A stretch of 64,000 nt of DNA from Azolla caroliniana (GCA_043228905.1 JBHGNT010000023.1:434001-498000), one strand, 5' to 3'; counted from the first letter of the stretch, positions 36,927-50,941 are shown. A program made the numbers and translations. The notes: generated by a model from the sequence alone, not told the origin.

Positions 36927-39708
36927 TTGGGTCGAGAGACATCAAGAAATTAGTAAATTACATGAGGGAGTTGAGAAGAGCGCGTGAGTAAATTAAAATG
37001 TTCATAGCTGGCTCGTGTGATATCGGATTTTAGTGTTCAAAGATGCGAATCGAAGCTAACAACACTAGCTATGATAAGGAATGAAAAAATCAAGATTTTG
37101 AAACTCAGGTCGAGAGACATGAAGATATTAGTAAATTAGAGGAGGGAGTTGAGAAGAGCGCGTGAGTAAATTAAAATGTTCATAGCTGGCTCGTGTGATC
37201 CCGGATTTTTATGTTCAAACATGCGAATCGAAGCTAACAACACTAGCTATGATATGGAATTAAAAAATCAAGATTTTGAAACTCAGGTCGAGAGAGATGA
37301 AGAAATTAGTAAATTAGAGGAGGGTATTGCAAGAGCGCGTGAGTAAATTAAAATGTTCAAAGCTGGCTCGTGTGATATCGGATTTTTGTGTTCAAAGATG
37401 CCAATCGAAGCTAAGAACACTAGCTATGATATGGAATTAAAAAATCAAGATTTTGAAACTCAGATCGAGAGACATGAAGAAATTAGTAAATTAGAGGAGG
37501 GTGTTGACAAGAGCGCATGAGTAAATTAAAATGTTCATACCTGGCTCTTGTGATATCGGATTTTTGTGTTCAAAGATACCAATCGAAGCTAACAACACTA
37601 GCTATGATATGGAATTAAAAAATCAAGATTTTGAAACTCAGGTCGAGAGACATGAAGAAATTAGTAAATTAGAGGAGGGTGTTGACAAGAGCGCATGAGT
37701 AAATTAAAATGTTCATACCTGGCTCTTGTGATATCGGATTTTAGTGTTCAGAGATGCCAATCGAAGCTAACAACACTAGCTATGATATGGAATTAAAAAA
37801 TCAAGATTTCGAAACTTGGGTCGAGAGACATGAAGAAATTAGTAAATTACATGAGGGAGTTGAGAAGAGCGCGTGAGTAAATTAAAATGTTCATAGCTGG
37901 CTCGTGTGATATCGGATTTTAGTCTTCAAACATGCGAATCAAAGCTAACAACACTAGCTATGATAAGGAATGAAAAAATCAAGATTTTGAAACTCAGGTC
38001 GAGAGACATGAAGAAATTAGTAAATTAGAGGAGGGTGTTGACAAGAGCGCATGAGTAAATTAAAATGTTCATACCTGGCTCTTGTGATATCGAATTTTAG
38101 TGTTCAAAGATGCCAATCGAAGCTAACAACACTACCTATGATATGGAATTAAAAAATCAAGATTTCGAAACTTGGGTCGAGAGACATGAAGAAATTAGTA
38201 AATTAGGGGAGGGAGTTTAGAAGAGCGCTTGAGTAAATTAAAATGTTCATAGCTGGCTCGTGTGATATCGGATTTTTATGTTCAAACATGCGAATCGAAG
38301 CTAACAACACTAGCTATGATAAGGAATGAAAAAATCAAGATTTTGAAATGCAGGTCGTGAGACATGAAGATATTAGTAAATTAGAGGAGGGAGTTGAGAA
38401 GAGCGCGTGAGTAAATTAAAATGTTCATAGCTGGCTCGTGTGATCCCGGATTTTTATGTTCAAAGATGCGAACGGAAGCTAACAACACTACGTATGATAT
38501 GGAATGAAAAAATCGAGATTTTGAAACTCAGGTCGAGAGACATCAAGAAATTGGTAAATTACATGAGGGAGTTGAGAAGAGCGCGTGAGTAAATTAAAAT
38601 GTTCATAGCTGGCTCGTGTGATATCGGATTTTTGTGTTCAGAGATGCGAATCGAAGCTAACAACACTAGCTATGATATGGAATTAAAAAATCAAGATTTT
38701 GAAACTCAGGTCGAGAGACATGAAGAAATTAGTAAATTAGAGGAGGGTGTTGACAAGAGCGCATGAGTAAATTAAAATGTTCATACCTGGCTCTTGTGAT
38801 ATCGGATTTTAGTGTTCAGAGATGCCAATCGAAGCTAACAACACTAGCTATGATATGGAATTAAAAAATCAAGATTTCGAAACTTGGGTCGAGAGACATG
38901 AAGAAATTAGTAAATTACATGAGGGAGTTGATAAGAGCGCGTGAGTAAATTAAAATGGTCATAGCTGGCTCTTGTGATATCGGATTTTAGTGTTCAAAGA
39001 TGCCAATCGAAGCTAACAACACTAGCTATGATATGGAATTAAAAAATCAAGATTTCGAAACTTGGGTCTAGAGACATGAAGAAATTAGTAAATTAGGGGA
39101 GGGAGTTGATAAGAGCGCGTGAGTAAATTAAAATGTTAACAATCGAAGCTAACAACACTAGCTATGATAAGGAATGAAAAAATCAAGATTTTGAAACGCA
39201 GGTCGTGAGACATGAAGATATTAGTAAATTAGAGGAGGGAGTTGAGAAGAGCGCGTGAGTAAATTAAAATGTTCATAGCTGGCTCGTGTGATCCCGGATT
39301 TTTATGTTCAAAGATGCGAATCGAAGCTAACAACACTACGTATGATATGGAATGAAAAAATCGAGATTTTGAAACTCAGGTCGAGAGACATCAAGAAATT
39401 GGTAAATTACATGAGGGAGTTGAGAAGAGCGCGTGAGTAAATTAAAATGTTCATAGCTGGCTCGTGTGATATCGGATTTTTGTGTTCAGAGATGCGAATC
39501 GAAGCTAACAACACTAGCTATGATATGGAATGAAAAAATCAAGATTTTGAAACTCAGGTCGAGAGACATGAAGATATTAGTAAATTAGAGGAGGGAGTTG
39601 AGAAGAGCGCGTGAGTAAATTAAAATGTTCATAGCTGGTTCGTGCGATATCGGATTTTAGTGTTCAAACATGCGAATCGAAGCTAACAACACTAACTATG
39701 ATATGGAA

Positions 39709-39732
39709 GGGTTTAGGGTTTAGGGTTTAGGG
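39709..39732 (+). repeat. Telomeric tract type B, copy 2
   Basis: Identical tract and junctions to 36903-36926. Confidence 0.96.
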
Positions 39733-42700
39733 TTGGGTCGAGAGACATCAAGAAATTAGTAAATTACATGAGGGAGTTGAGAAGAGCGCGTGAGTAAATT
39801 AAAATGTTCATAGCTGGCTCGTGTGATATCGGATTTTTATGTTCAAACATGCGAATCGAAGCTAACAACACTACGTATGATATGGAATGAAAAAATCAAG
39901 ATTTTGAAACTCAGGTCGAGAGACATGAAGAAATTGGTAAATTAGAGGAGGGTATTGCAAGAGCGCGTGAGTAAATTAAAATGTTCATAGCTGGCTCGTG
40001 TGATATCGGATTTTTGTGTTCAGAGATGCGAATCGAAGCTAACAACACTAGCTATGATATGGAATTAAAAAATCAAGATTTTGAAACATAGGTCGAGAGA
40101 CATGAAGAAATTAGTAAATTAGAGGAGGGTGTTGACAAGAGCGCATGAGTAAATTAAAATGTTCATACCTGGCTCTTGTGATATCGGATTTTAGTGTTCA
40201 AAGATGCCAATCGAAGCTAACAACACTAGCTATGATAAGGAATGAAAAAATCAAGATTTTGAAACTGAGGTCGTGAGACATGAAGATATTAGTAAATTAG
40301 AGGAGGGAGTTGAGAAGAGCGCGTGAGTAAATTAAAATGTTCATAGCTGGCTCGTGTGATCCCGGATTTTTATGTTCAAAGATGCGAATCGAAGCTAACA
40401 ACACTACGTATGATATGGAATGAAAAAATCGAGATTTTGAAACTCAGGTCGAGAGACATCAAGAAATTGGTAAATTACATGAGGGAGTTGAGAAGAGCGC
40501 GTGAGTAAATTAAAATGTTCATAGCTGGCTCGTGTGATATCGGATTTTAGTGTTCAAACATGCGAATCAAAGCTAACAACACTAACTATGATAAGGAATG
40601 AAAAAATCAAGATTTTGAAACTCAGATCGAGAGACATGAAGATATTAGTAAATTAGAGGAGGGAGTTGAGAAGAGCGCGTGAGTAAATTAAAATGTTCAT
40701 AGCTGGCTCGTGTGATCCCGGATTTTTATGTTCAAAGATGCGAATCGAAGCTAACAACACTACGTATGATATGGAATGAAAAAATCGAGATTTTGAAACT
40801 CAGGTCGAGAGACATCAAGAAATTGGTAAATTACATGAGGGAGTTGAGAAGAGCGCGTGAGTAAATTAAAATGTTCATAGCTGGCTCGTGTGATATCGGA
40901 TTTTAGTGTTCAAACATGCGAATCAAAGCTAACAACACTAACTATGATAAGGAATGAAAAAATCAAGATTTTGAAACTCAGGTCGAGAGACATGAAGATA
41001 TTAGTAAATTAGAGGAGGGAGTTGAGAAGAGCGCGTGAGTAAATTAAAATGTTCATAGCTGGCTCGTGTGATCCCGGATTTTTATGTTCAAAGATACGAA
41101 TCGAAGCTAACAACACTACGTATGATATGGAATTAAAAAATCAAGATTTTGAAACTCAGGTCGAGAGACATGAAGAAATTAGTAAATTAGAGGAGGGTGT
41201 TGACAAGAGCGCATGAGTAAATTAAAATGTTCATACCTGGCTCTTGTGATATCGGATTTTAGTGTTCAAAGATGCGAATCGAAGCTAACAACACTAGCTA
41301 TGATATGGAATTAAAAAATCAAGATTTCGAAACTTGGGTCGAGAGACATGAAGAAATTAGTAAATTAGGGGAGGGAGTTTAGAAGAGCGCTTGAGTAAAT
41401 TAAAATGTTCATAGCTGGCTCGTGTGATATCGGATTTTTGTGTTCAAACATGCGAATCGAAGCTAACAACACTAGCTATGATAAGGAATGAAAAATCAAG
41501 ATTTTGAAACTCAGGTCGTGAGACATGAAGATATTAGTAAATTAGAGGAGGGAGTTGAGAAGAGCGCGTGAGTAAATTAAAATGTTCATAGCTGGCTCGT
41601 GTGATCCCGGATTTTTATGTTCAAAGATGCGAATCGAACCTAACAACACTACGTATGATATGGAATGAAAAAATCAAGATTTTGAAACTCAGGTCGAGAG
41701 ACATGAAGAAATTGGTAAATTAGAGGAGGGTATTGCAAGAGCGCGTGAGTAAATTAAAATGTTCATAGCTGGCTCGTGTGATATCGGATTTTTGTGTTCA
41801 GAGATGCGAATCGAAGCTAACAACACTAGCTATGATATGGAATTAAAAAATCAAGATTTTGAAACTCAGGTCGAGAGACATGAAGAAATTAGTAAATTAG
41901 AGGAGGGTGTTGACAAGAGCGCATGAGTAAATTAAAATGTTCATACCTGGCTCTTGTGATATCGGATTTTAGTGTTCAGAGATGCCAATCGAAGCTAACA
42001 ACACTAGCTATGATATGGAATTAAAAAATCAAGATTTCGAAACTTGGGTCGAGAGACATGAAGAAATTAGTAAATTACATGAGGGAGTTGACGAGAGCGC
42101 GTGAGTAAATTAAAATGTTCATAGCTGGCTCGTGTGATATCGGATTTTAGTGTTCAAAGATGCGAATCGAAGCTAACAACACTAGCTATGATAAGGAATG
42201 AAAAAATCAAGATTTTGAAACTCAGGTCGAGAGACATGAAGATATTAGTAAATTAGAGGAGGGAGTTGAGAAGAGCGCGTGAGTAAATTAAAATGTTCAT
42301 AGCTGGCTCGTGTGATCCCGGATTTTTATGTTCAAACATGCGAATCGAAGCTAACAACACTAGCTATGATATGGAATTAAAAAATCAAGATTTTGAAACT
42401 CAGGTCGAGAGACATGAAGAAATTAGTAAATTAGAGGAGGGTATTGCAAGAGCGCGTGAGTAAATTAAAATGTTCAAAGCTGGCTCGTGTGATATCGGAT
42501 TTTTGTGTTCAAAGATGCCAATCGAAGCTAACAACACTAGCTATGATATGGAATTAAAAAATCAAGATTTTGAAACTCAGATCGAGAGACATGAAGAAAT
42601 TAGTAAATTAGAGGAGGGTGTTGACAAGAGCGCATGAGTAAATTAAAATGTTCATACCTGGCTCTTGTGATATCGGATTTTTCTGTTCAAAGATACCAAT

Positions 42701-43087
42701 CGAAGCTAACAACACTAGCTATGATATGGAACTAAAAAATCAAAATTTCGAAACTTGGGTCGAGAGACATGAAGAAATTAGTAAATTAGGGGAGGGAGTT
42801 GAGAAGAGCGCGTGAGTAAATTAAAATGTTCATAGCTGGCTCGTGTGATATCGGATTTTTGTGTTCAAACATGCGAATCGAAGCTAACAACACTTGCTAT
42901 GATATGGAATTAAAAAATCAAGATTTTGAAACTCAGGTCGAGAGACATGAAGAAATTAGTAAAGTAGGGGAGGGTGTTGACGAGAGCGCGTGAGTAAATT
43001 AAAATGTTCATAGCTGGTTCGTGCGATATCGGATTTTAGTGTTCAAACATGCGAATCGAAGCTAACAACACTAACTATGATATGGAA

Positions 43088-43111
43088 GGGTTTAGGGTTT
43101 AGGGTTTAGGG
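43088..43111 (+). repeat. Telomeric tract type B, copy 3
   Basis: Identical tract and junctions. Confidence 0.96.
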
Positions 43112-45933
43112 TTGGGTCGAGAGACATCAAGAAATTAGTAAATTACATGAGGGAGTTGAGAAGAGCGCGTGAGTAAATTAAAATGTTCATAGCTGGCTCG
43201 TGTGATATCGGATTTTAGTCTTCAAACATGCGAATCAAAGCTAACAACACTAGCTATGATAAGGAATGAAAAAATCAAGATTTTGAAACTCAGGTCGAGA
43301 GACATGAAGAAATTAGTAAATTAGAGGAGGGTGTTGACAAGAGCGCATGAGTAAATTAAAATGTTCATACCTGGCTCTTGTGATATCGAATTTTAGTGTT
43401 CAAAGATGCCAATCGAAGCTAACAACACTACCTATGATATGGAATTAAAAAATCAAGATTTCGAAACTTGGGTCGAGAGACATGAAGAAATTAGTAAATT
43501 ACATGAGGGAGTTGATAAGAGCGCGTGGGTAAATTAAAATGTTCATAGCTGGCTCGTGTGATATCGGATTTTAGTGTTCAAAGATGCGAATCGAAGCTAA
43601 CAACACTAGCTATGATAAGCAATGAAAAAATCAAGATTTTGAAACTCAGGTCGAGAGACATGAAGATATTAGTAAATTAGAGGAGGGAGGTGAGAAGAGC
43701 GCGTGAGTAAATTAAAATGTTCATAGCTGGCTCGTGTGATCCCGGATTTTTATGTTCAAACATGCGAATCGAAGCTAACAACACTAGCTATGATATGGAA
43801 TTAAAAAATCAAGATTTTGAAACTCAGGTCGAGAGACATGAAGAAATTAGTAAATTAGAGGAGGGTATTGCAAGAGCGCGTGAGTAAATTAAAATGTTCA
43901 AAGCTGGCTCGTGTGATATCGGATTTTTGTGTTCAAAGATGCCAATCGAAGCTAACAACACGAGCTATGATATGGAATTAAAAAATCAAGATTTTGAAAC
44001 TCAGATCGAGAGACATGAAGAAATTAGTAAATTAGAGGAGGGTGTTGACAAGAGCGCATGAGTAAATTAAAATGTTCATACCTGGCTCTTGTGATATCGG
44101 ATTTTTGTGTTCAAAGATACCAATCGAAGCTAACAACACTAGCTATGATATGGAATTAAAAAATCAAAATTTCGAAACTTGGGTCGAGAGACATGAAGAA
44201 ATTAGTAAATTAGGGGAGGGAGTTGAGAAGAGCGCGTGAGTAAATTAAAATGTTCATAGCTGGCTCGTGTGATATCGGATTTTTGTGTTCAAACATGCGA
44301 ATCGAAGCTAACAACACTTGCTATGATATGGAATTAAAAAATCAAGATTTTGAAACTCAGGTCGAGAGACATGAAGAAATTAGTAACTTAGAGGAGGGTG
44401 TTGACAAGAGCGCATGAGTAAATTAAAATGTTCATACCTGGCTCTTGTGATATCGAATTTTAGTGTTCAAAGATGCCAATCGAAGCTAACAACACTACCT
44501 ATGATATGGAATTAAAAAATCAAGATTTCGAAACTTGGGTCGAGAGACATGAAGAAATTAGTAAATTAGGGGAGGGAGTTTAGAAGAGCGCTTGAGTAAA
44601 TTAAAATGTTCATAGCTGGCTCGTGTGATATCGGATTTTTATGTTCAAACATGCGAATCGAAGCTAACAACACTAGCTATGATAAGGAATGAAAAAATCA
44701 AGATTTTGAAACGCAGGTCGTGAGACATGAAGATATTAGTAAATTAGAGGAGGGAGTTGAGAAGAGCGCGTGAGTAAATTAAAATGTTCATAGCTGGCTC
44801 GTGTGATCCCGGATTTTTATGTTCAAACATGCGAATCGAAGCTAACAACACTAGCTATGATATGGAATTAAAAAATCAAGATTTTGAAACTCAGGTCGAG
44901 AGACATGAAGAAATTAGTAAATTAGAGGAGGGTATTGCAAGAGCGCGTGAGTAAATTAAAATGTTCAAAGCTGGCTCGTGTGATATCGGATTTTTGTGTT
45001 CAAAGATGCCAATCGAAGCTAACAACACTAGCTATGATATGGAATTAAAAAATCAAGATTTTGAAACTTAGATCGAGAGACATGAAGAAATTAGTAAATT
45101 AGAGGAGGGAGTTGAGAAGAGCGCGTGAGTAAATTAAAATGTTCATAGCTGGCTCGTGTGATCCCGGATTTTTATGTTCAAACATGCGAATCGAAGCTAA
45201 CAACACTAGCTATGATATGGAATTAAAAAATCAAGATTTTGAAACTCAGGTCGAGAGACATGAAGAAATTAGTAAATTAGAGGAGGGTATTGCAAGAGCG
45301 CGTGAGTAAATTAAAATGTTCAAAGCTGGCTCGTGTGATATCGGATTTTTGTGTTCAAAGATGCCAATCGAAGCTAACAACACTAGCTATGATATGGAAT
45401 TAAAAAATCAAGATTTTGAAACTCAGATCGAGAGACATGAAGAAATTAGTAAATTAGAGGAGGGTGTTGACAAGAGCGCATGAGTAAATTAAAATGTTCA
45501 TACCTGGCTCTTGTGATATCGGATTTTTCTGTTCAAAGATACCAATCGAAGCTAACAACACTAGCTATGATATGGAACTAAAAAATCAAAATTTAGAAAC
45601 TTGGGTCGAGAGACATGAAGAAATTAGTAAATTAGGGGAGGGAGTTGAGAAGAGCGCGTGAGTAAATTAAAATGTTCATAGCTGGCTCGTGTGATATCGG
45701 ATTTTTGTGTTCAAACATGCGAATCGAAGCTAACAACACTTGCTATGATATGGAATTAAAAAATCAAGATTTTGAAACTCAGGTCGAGAGACATGAAGAA
45801 ATTAGTAAAGTAGGGGAGGGTGTTGACGAGAGCGCGTGAGTAAATTAAAATGTTCATAGCTGGTTCGTGCGATATCGGATTTTAGTGTTCAAACATGCGA
45901 ATCGAAGCTAACAACACTAACTATGATATGGAA

Positions 45934-45957
45934 GGGTTTAGGGTTTAGGGTTTAGGG
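45934..45957 (+). repeat. Telomeric tract type B, copy 4
   Basis: Identical tract and junctions. Confidence 0.96.
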
Positions 45958-47713
45958 TTGGGTCGAGAGACATCAAGAAATTAGTAAATTACATGAGGGA
46001 GTTGAGAAGAGCGCGTGAGTAAATTAAAATGTTCATAGCTGGCTCGTGTGATATCGGATTTTAGTCTTCAAACATGCGAATCAAAGCTAACAACACTAGC
46101 TATGATAAGGAATGAAAAAATCAAGATTTTGAAACTCAGGTCGAGAGACATGAAGAAATTAGTAAATTAGAGGAGGGTGTTGACAAGAGCGCATGAGTAA
46201 ATTAAAATGTTCATACCTGGCTCTTGTGATATCGAATTTTAGTGTTCAAAGATGCCAATCGAAGCTAACAACACTACCTATGATATGGAATTAAAAAATC
46301 AAGATTTCGAAACTTGGGTCGAGAGACATGAAGAAATTAGTAAATTACATGAGGGAGTTGATAAGAGCGCGTGGGTAAATTAAAATGTTCATAGCTGGCT
46401 CGTGTGATATCGGATTTTAGTGTTCAAAGATGCGAATCGAAGCTAACAACACTAGCTATGATAAGCAATGAAAAAATCAAGATTTTGAAACTCAGGTCGA
46501 GAGACATGAAGATATTAGTAAATTAGAGGAGGGAGGTGAGAAGAGCGCGTGAGTAAATTAAAATGTTCATAGCTGGCTCGTGTGATCCCGGATTTTTATG
46601 TTCAAACATGCGAATCGAAGCTAACAACACTAGCTATGATATGGAATTAAAAAATCAAGATTTTGAAACTCAGGTCGAGAGACATGAAGAAATTAGTAAA
46701 TTAGAGGAGGGTATTGCAAGAGCGCGTGAGTAAATTAAAATGTTCAAAGCTGGCTCGTGTGATATCGGATTTTTGTGTTCAAAGATGCCAATCGAAGCTA
46801 ACAACACGAGCTATGATATGGAATTAAAAAATCAAGATTTTGAAACTCAGATCGAGAGACATGAAGAAATTAGTAAATTAGAGGAGGGTGTTGACAAGAG
46901 CGCATGAGTAAATTAAAATGTTCATACCTGGCTCTTGTGATATCGGATTTTTGTGTTCAAAGATACCAATCGAAGCTAACAACACTAGCTATGATATGGA
47001 ATTAAAAAATCAAAATTTCGAAACTTGGGTCGAGAGACATGAAGAAATTAGTAAATTAGGGGAGGGAGTTGAGAAGAGCGCGTGAGTAAATTAAAATGTT
47101 CATAGCTGGCTCGTGTGATATCGGATTTTTGTGTTCAAACATGCGAATCGAAGCTAACAACACTTGCTATGATATGGAATTAAAAAATCAAGATTTTGAA
47201 ACTCAGGTCGAGAGACATGAAGAAATTAGTAAATTACATGAGGGAGTTGACAAGAGCGCATGAGTAAATTAAAATGTTCATACCTGGCTCTTGTGATATC
47301 GGATTTTAGTGTTCAAAGATGCCAATCGAAGCTAACAACACTAGCTATGATATGGAATTAAAAAATCAAAATTTCGAAACTTGGGTCGAGAGACATGAAG
47401 AAATTAGTAAATTAGGGGAGGGAGTTGAGAAGAGCGCGTGAGTAAATTAAAATGTTCATAGCTGGCTCGTGTGATATCGGATTTCTGTGTTCAAACATGC
47501 GAATCGAAGCTAACAACACTTGCTATGATATGGAATTAAAATATCAAGATTTTGAAACTCAGGTCGAGAGACATGAAGAAATTAGTAAAGTAGGGGAGGC
47601 TGTTGACGAGAGCGCGTGAGTAAATTAAAATGTTCATAGCTGGTTCGTGCGATATCGGATTTTAGTGTTCAAACATGCGAATCGAAGCTAACAACACTAA
47701 CTATGATATGGAA

Positions 47714-47737
47714 GGGTTTAGGGTTTAGGGTTTAGGG
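47714..47737 (+). repeat. Telomeric tract type B, copy 5
   Basis: Identical tract and junctions. Confidence 0.96.
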
Positions 47738-50700
47738 TTGGGTCGAGAGACATCAAGAAATTAGTAAATTACATGAGGGAGTTGAGAAGAGCGCGTGAGT
47801 AAATTAAAATGTTCATAGCTGGCTCGTGTGATATCGGATTTTAGTCTTCAAACATGCGAATCAAAGCTAACAACACTAGCTATGATAAGGAATGAAAAAA
47901 TCAAGATTTTGAAACTCAGGTCGAGAGACATGAAGAAATTAGTAAATTAGAGGAGGGTGTTGACAAGAGCGCATGAGTAAATTAAAATGTTCATACCTGG
48001 CTCTTGTGATATCGAATTTTAGTGTTCAAAGATGCCAATCGAAGCTAACAACACTACCTATGATATGGAATTAAAAAATCAAGATTTCGAAACTTGGGTC
48101 GAGAGACATGAAGAAATTAGTAAATTAGGGGAGGGAGTTTAGAAGAGCGCTTGAGTAAATTAAAATGTTCATAGCTGGCTCGTGTGATATCGGATTTTTA
48201 TGTTCAAACATGCGAATCGAAGCTAACAACACTAGCTATGATAAGGAATGAAAAAATCAAGATTTTGAAACGCAGGTCGTGAGACATGAAGATATTAGTA
48301 AATTAGAGGAGGGAGTTGAGAAGAGCGCGTGAGTAAATTAAAATGTTCATAGCTGGCTCGTGTGATCCCGGATTTTTATGTTCGAAGATGCGAATCGAAG
48401 CTAACAACACTACGTATGATATGGAATGAAAAAATCGAGATTTTGAAACTCAGGTCGAGAGACATCAAGAAATTGGTAAATTACATGAGGGAGTTGAGAA
48501 GAGCGCGTGAGTAAATTAAAATGTTCATAGCTGGCTCGTGTGATATCGGATTTTTGTGTTCAGAGATGCGAATCGAAGCTAACAACACTAGCTATGATAT
48601 GGAATGAAAAAATCAAGATTTTGAAACTCAGGTCGAGAGACATGAAGAAATTAGTAACTTAGAGGAGGGTGTTGACAAGAGCGCATGAGTAAATTAAAAT
48701 GTTCATACCTGGCTCTTGTGATATCGAATTTTAGTGTTCAAAGATGCCAATCGAAGCTAACAACACTACCTATGATATGGAATTAAAAAATCAAGATTTC
48801 GAAACTTGGGTCGAGAGACATGAAGAAATTAGTAAATTAGGGGAGGGAGTTTAGAAGAGCGCTTGAGTAAATTAAAATGTTCATAGCTGGCTCGTGTGAT
48901 ATCGGATTTTTATGTTCAAACATGCGAATCGAAGCTAACAACACTAGCTATGATAAGGAATGAAAAAATCAAGATTTTGAAACGCAGGTCGTGAGACATG
49001 AAGATATTAGTAAATTAGAGGAGGGAGTTGAGAAGAGCGCGTGAGTAAATTAAAATGTTCATAGCTGGCTCGTGTGATCCCGGATTTTTATGTTCGAAGA
49101 TGCGAATCGAAGCTAACAACACTACGTATGATATGGAATGAAAAAATCGAGATTTTGAAACTCAGGTCGAGAGACATCAAGAAATTGGTAAATTACATGA
49201 GGGAGTTGAGAAGAGCGCGTGAGTAAATTAAAATGTTCATAGCTGGCTCGTGTGATATCGGATTTTTGTGTTCAGAGATGCGAATCGAAGCTAACAACAC
49301 TAGCTATGATATGGAATGAAAAAATCAAGATTTTGAAACTCAGGTCGAGAGACATGAAGAAATTAGTAACTTAGAGGAGGGTGTTGACAAGAGCGCATGA
49401 GTAAATTAAAATGTTCATACCTGGCTCTTGTGATATCGAATTTTAGTGTTCAAAGATGCCAATCGAAGCTAACAACACTACCTATGATATGGAATTAAAA
49501 AATCAAGATTTCGAAACTTGGGTCGAGAGACATGAAGAAATTAGTAAATTAGGGGAGGGAGTTTAGAAGAGCGCTTGAGTAAATTAAAATGTTCATAGCT
49601 GGCTCGTGTGATATCGGATTTTTATGTTCAAACATGCGAATCGAAGCTAACAACACTAGCTATGATAAGGAATGAAAAAATCAAGATTTTGAAACGCAGG
49701 TCGTGAGACATGAAGATATTAGTAAATTAGAGGAGGGAGTTGAGAAGAGCGCGTGAGTAAATTAAAATGTTCATAGCTGGCTCGTGTGATCCCGGATTTT
49801 TATGTTCAAACATGCGAATCGAAGCTAACAACACTAGCTATGATATGGAATTAAAAAATCAAGATTTTGAAACTCAAGTCGAGAGACATGAAGAAATTAG
49901 TAAATTAGAGGAGGGTATTGCAAGAGCGCGTGAGTAAATTAAAATGTTCAAAGCTGGCTCGTGTGATATCGGATTTTTGTGTTCAAAGATGCCAATCGAA
50001 GCTAACAACACTAGCTATGATATGGAATTAAAAAATCAAGATTTTGAAACTTAGATCGAGAGACATGAAGAAATTAGTAAATTAGAGGAGGGTGTTGACA
50101 AGAGCGCATGAGTAAATTAAAATGTTCATACCTGGCTCTTGTGATATCGGATTTTTGTGTTCAAAGATACCAATCGAAGCTAACAACACTAGCTATGATA
50201 TGGAATTAAAAAATCAAAATTTCGAAACTTGGGTCGAGAGACATGAAGAAATTAGTAAATTAGGGGAGGGAGTTGAGAAGAGCGCGTGAGTAAATTAAAA
50301 TGTTCATAGCTGGCTCGTGTGATATCGGATTTTTGTGTTCAAACATGCGAATCGAAGCTAACAACACTTGCTATGATATGGAATTAAAAAATCAAGATTT
50401 TGAAACTCAGGTCGAGAGACATGAAGAAATTAGTAAATTACATGAGGGAGTTGACAAGAGCGCATGAGTAAATTAAAATGTTCATACCTGGCTCTTGTGA
50501 TATCGGATTTTAGTGTTCAAAGATGCCAATCGAAGCTAACAACACTAGCTATGATATGGAATTAAAAAATCAAAATTTCGAAACTTGGGTCGAGAGACAT
50601 GAAGAAATTAGTAAATTAGGGGAGGGAGTTGAGAAGAGCGCGTGAGTAAATTAAAATGTTCATAGCTGGCTCGTGTGATATCGGATTTCTGTGTTCAAAC

Positions 50701-50917
50701 ATGCGAATCGAAGCTAACAACACTTGCTATGATATGGAATTAAAAAATCAAGATTTTGAAACTCAGGTCGAGAGACATGAAGAAATTAGTAAAGTAGGGG
50801 AGGGTGTTGACGAGAGCGCGTGAGTAAATTAAAATGTTCATAGCTGGTTCGTGCGATATCGGATTTTAGTGTTCAAACATGCGAATCGAAGCTAACAACA
50901 CTAACTATGATATGGAA

Positions 50918-50941
50918 GGGTTTAGGGTTTAGGGTTTAGGG
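50918..50941 (+). repeat. Telomeric tract type B, copy 6
   Basis: Identical tract and junctions. Confidence 0.96.

Larger units (their letters stand above)
34170..39835 (+). repeat. Tandem 16-mer duplication (2806 bp) containing a type B telomere monomer and a 136-bp monomer
   Basis: GTCGAGAGAGATG at 34481/37287; telomere tracts at 36903/39709; AATGTTAACAATC at about 36326/39132. Confidence 0.85.
42245..47230 (+). repeat. Partial 16-mer duplication (2846 bp)
   Basis: GTGGGTAAAT at 43525/46371; telomere tracts at 43088/45934; ATAAGCAATG and ACACGAGC variants share the period. Confidence 0.8.

Noticed and set aside
13495-41500. Single-base homopolymer indels (TAGGGAGGG at about 13501; GAAAAATC at about 33035, 33567, 41490)
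   Set aside because: These are ordinary slippage or possible sequencing errors, useful only as HOR markers.
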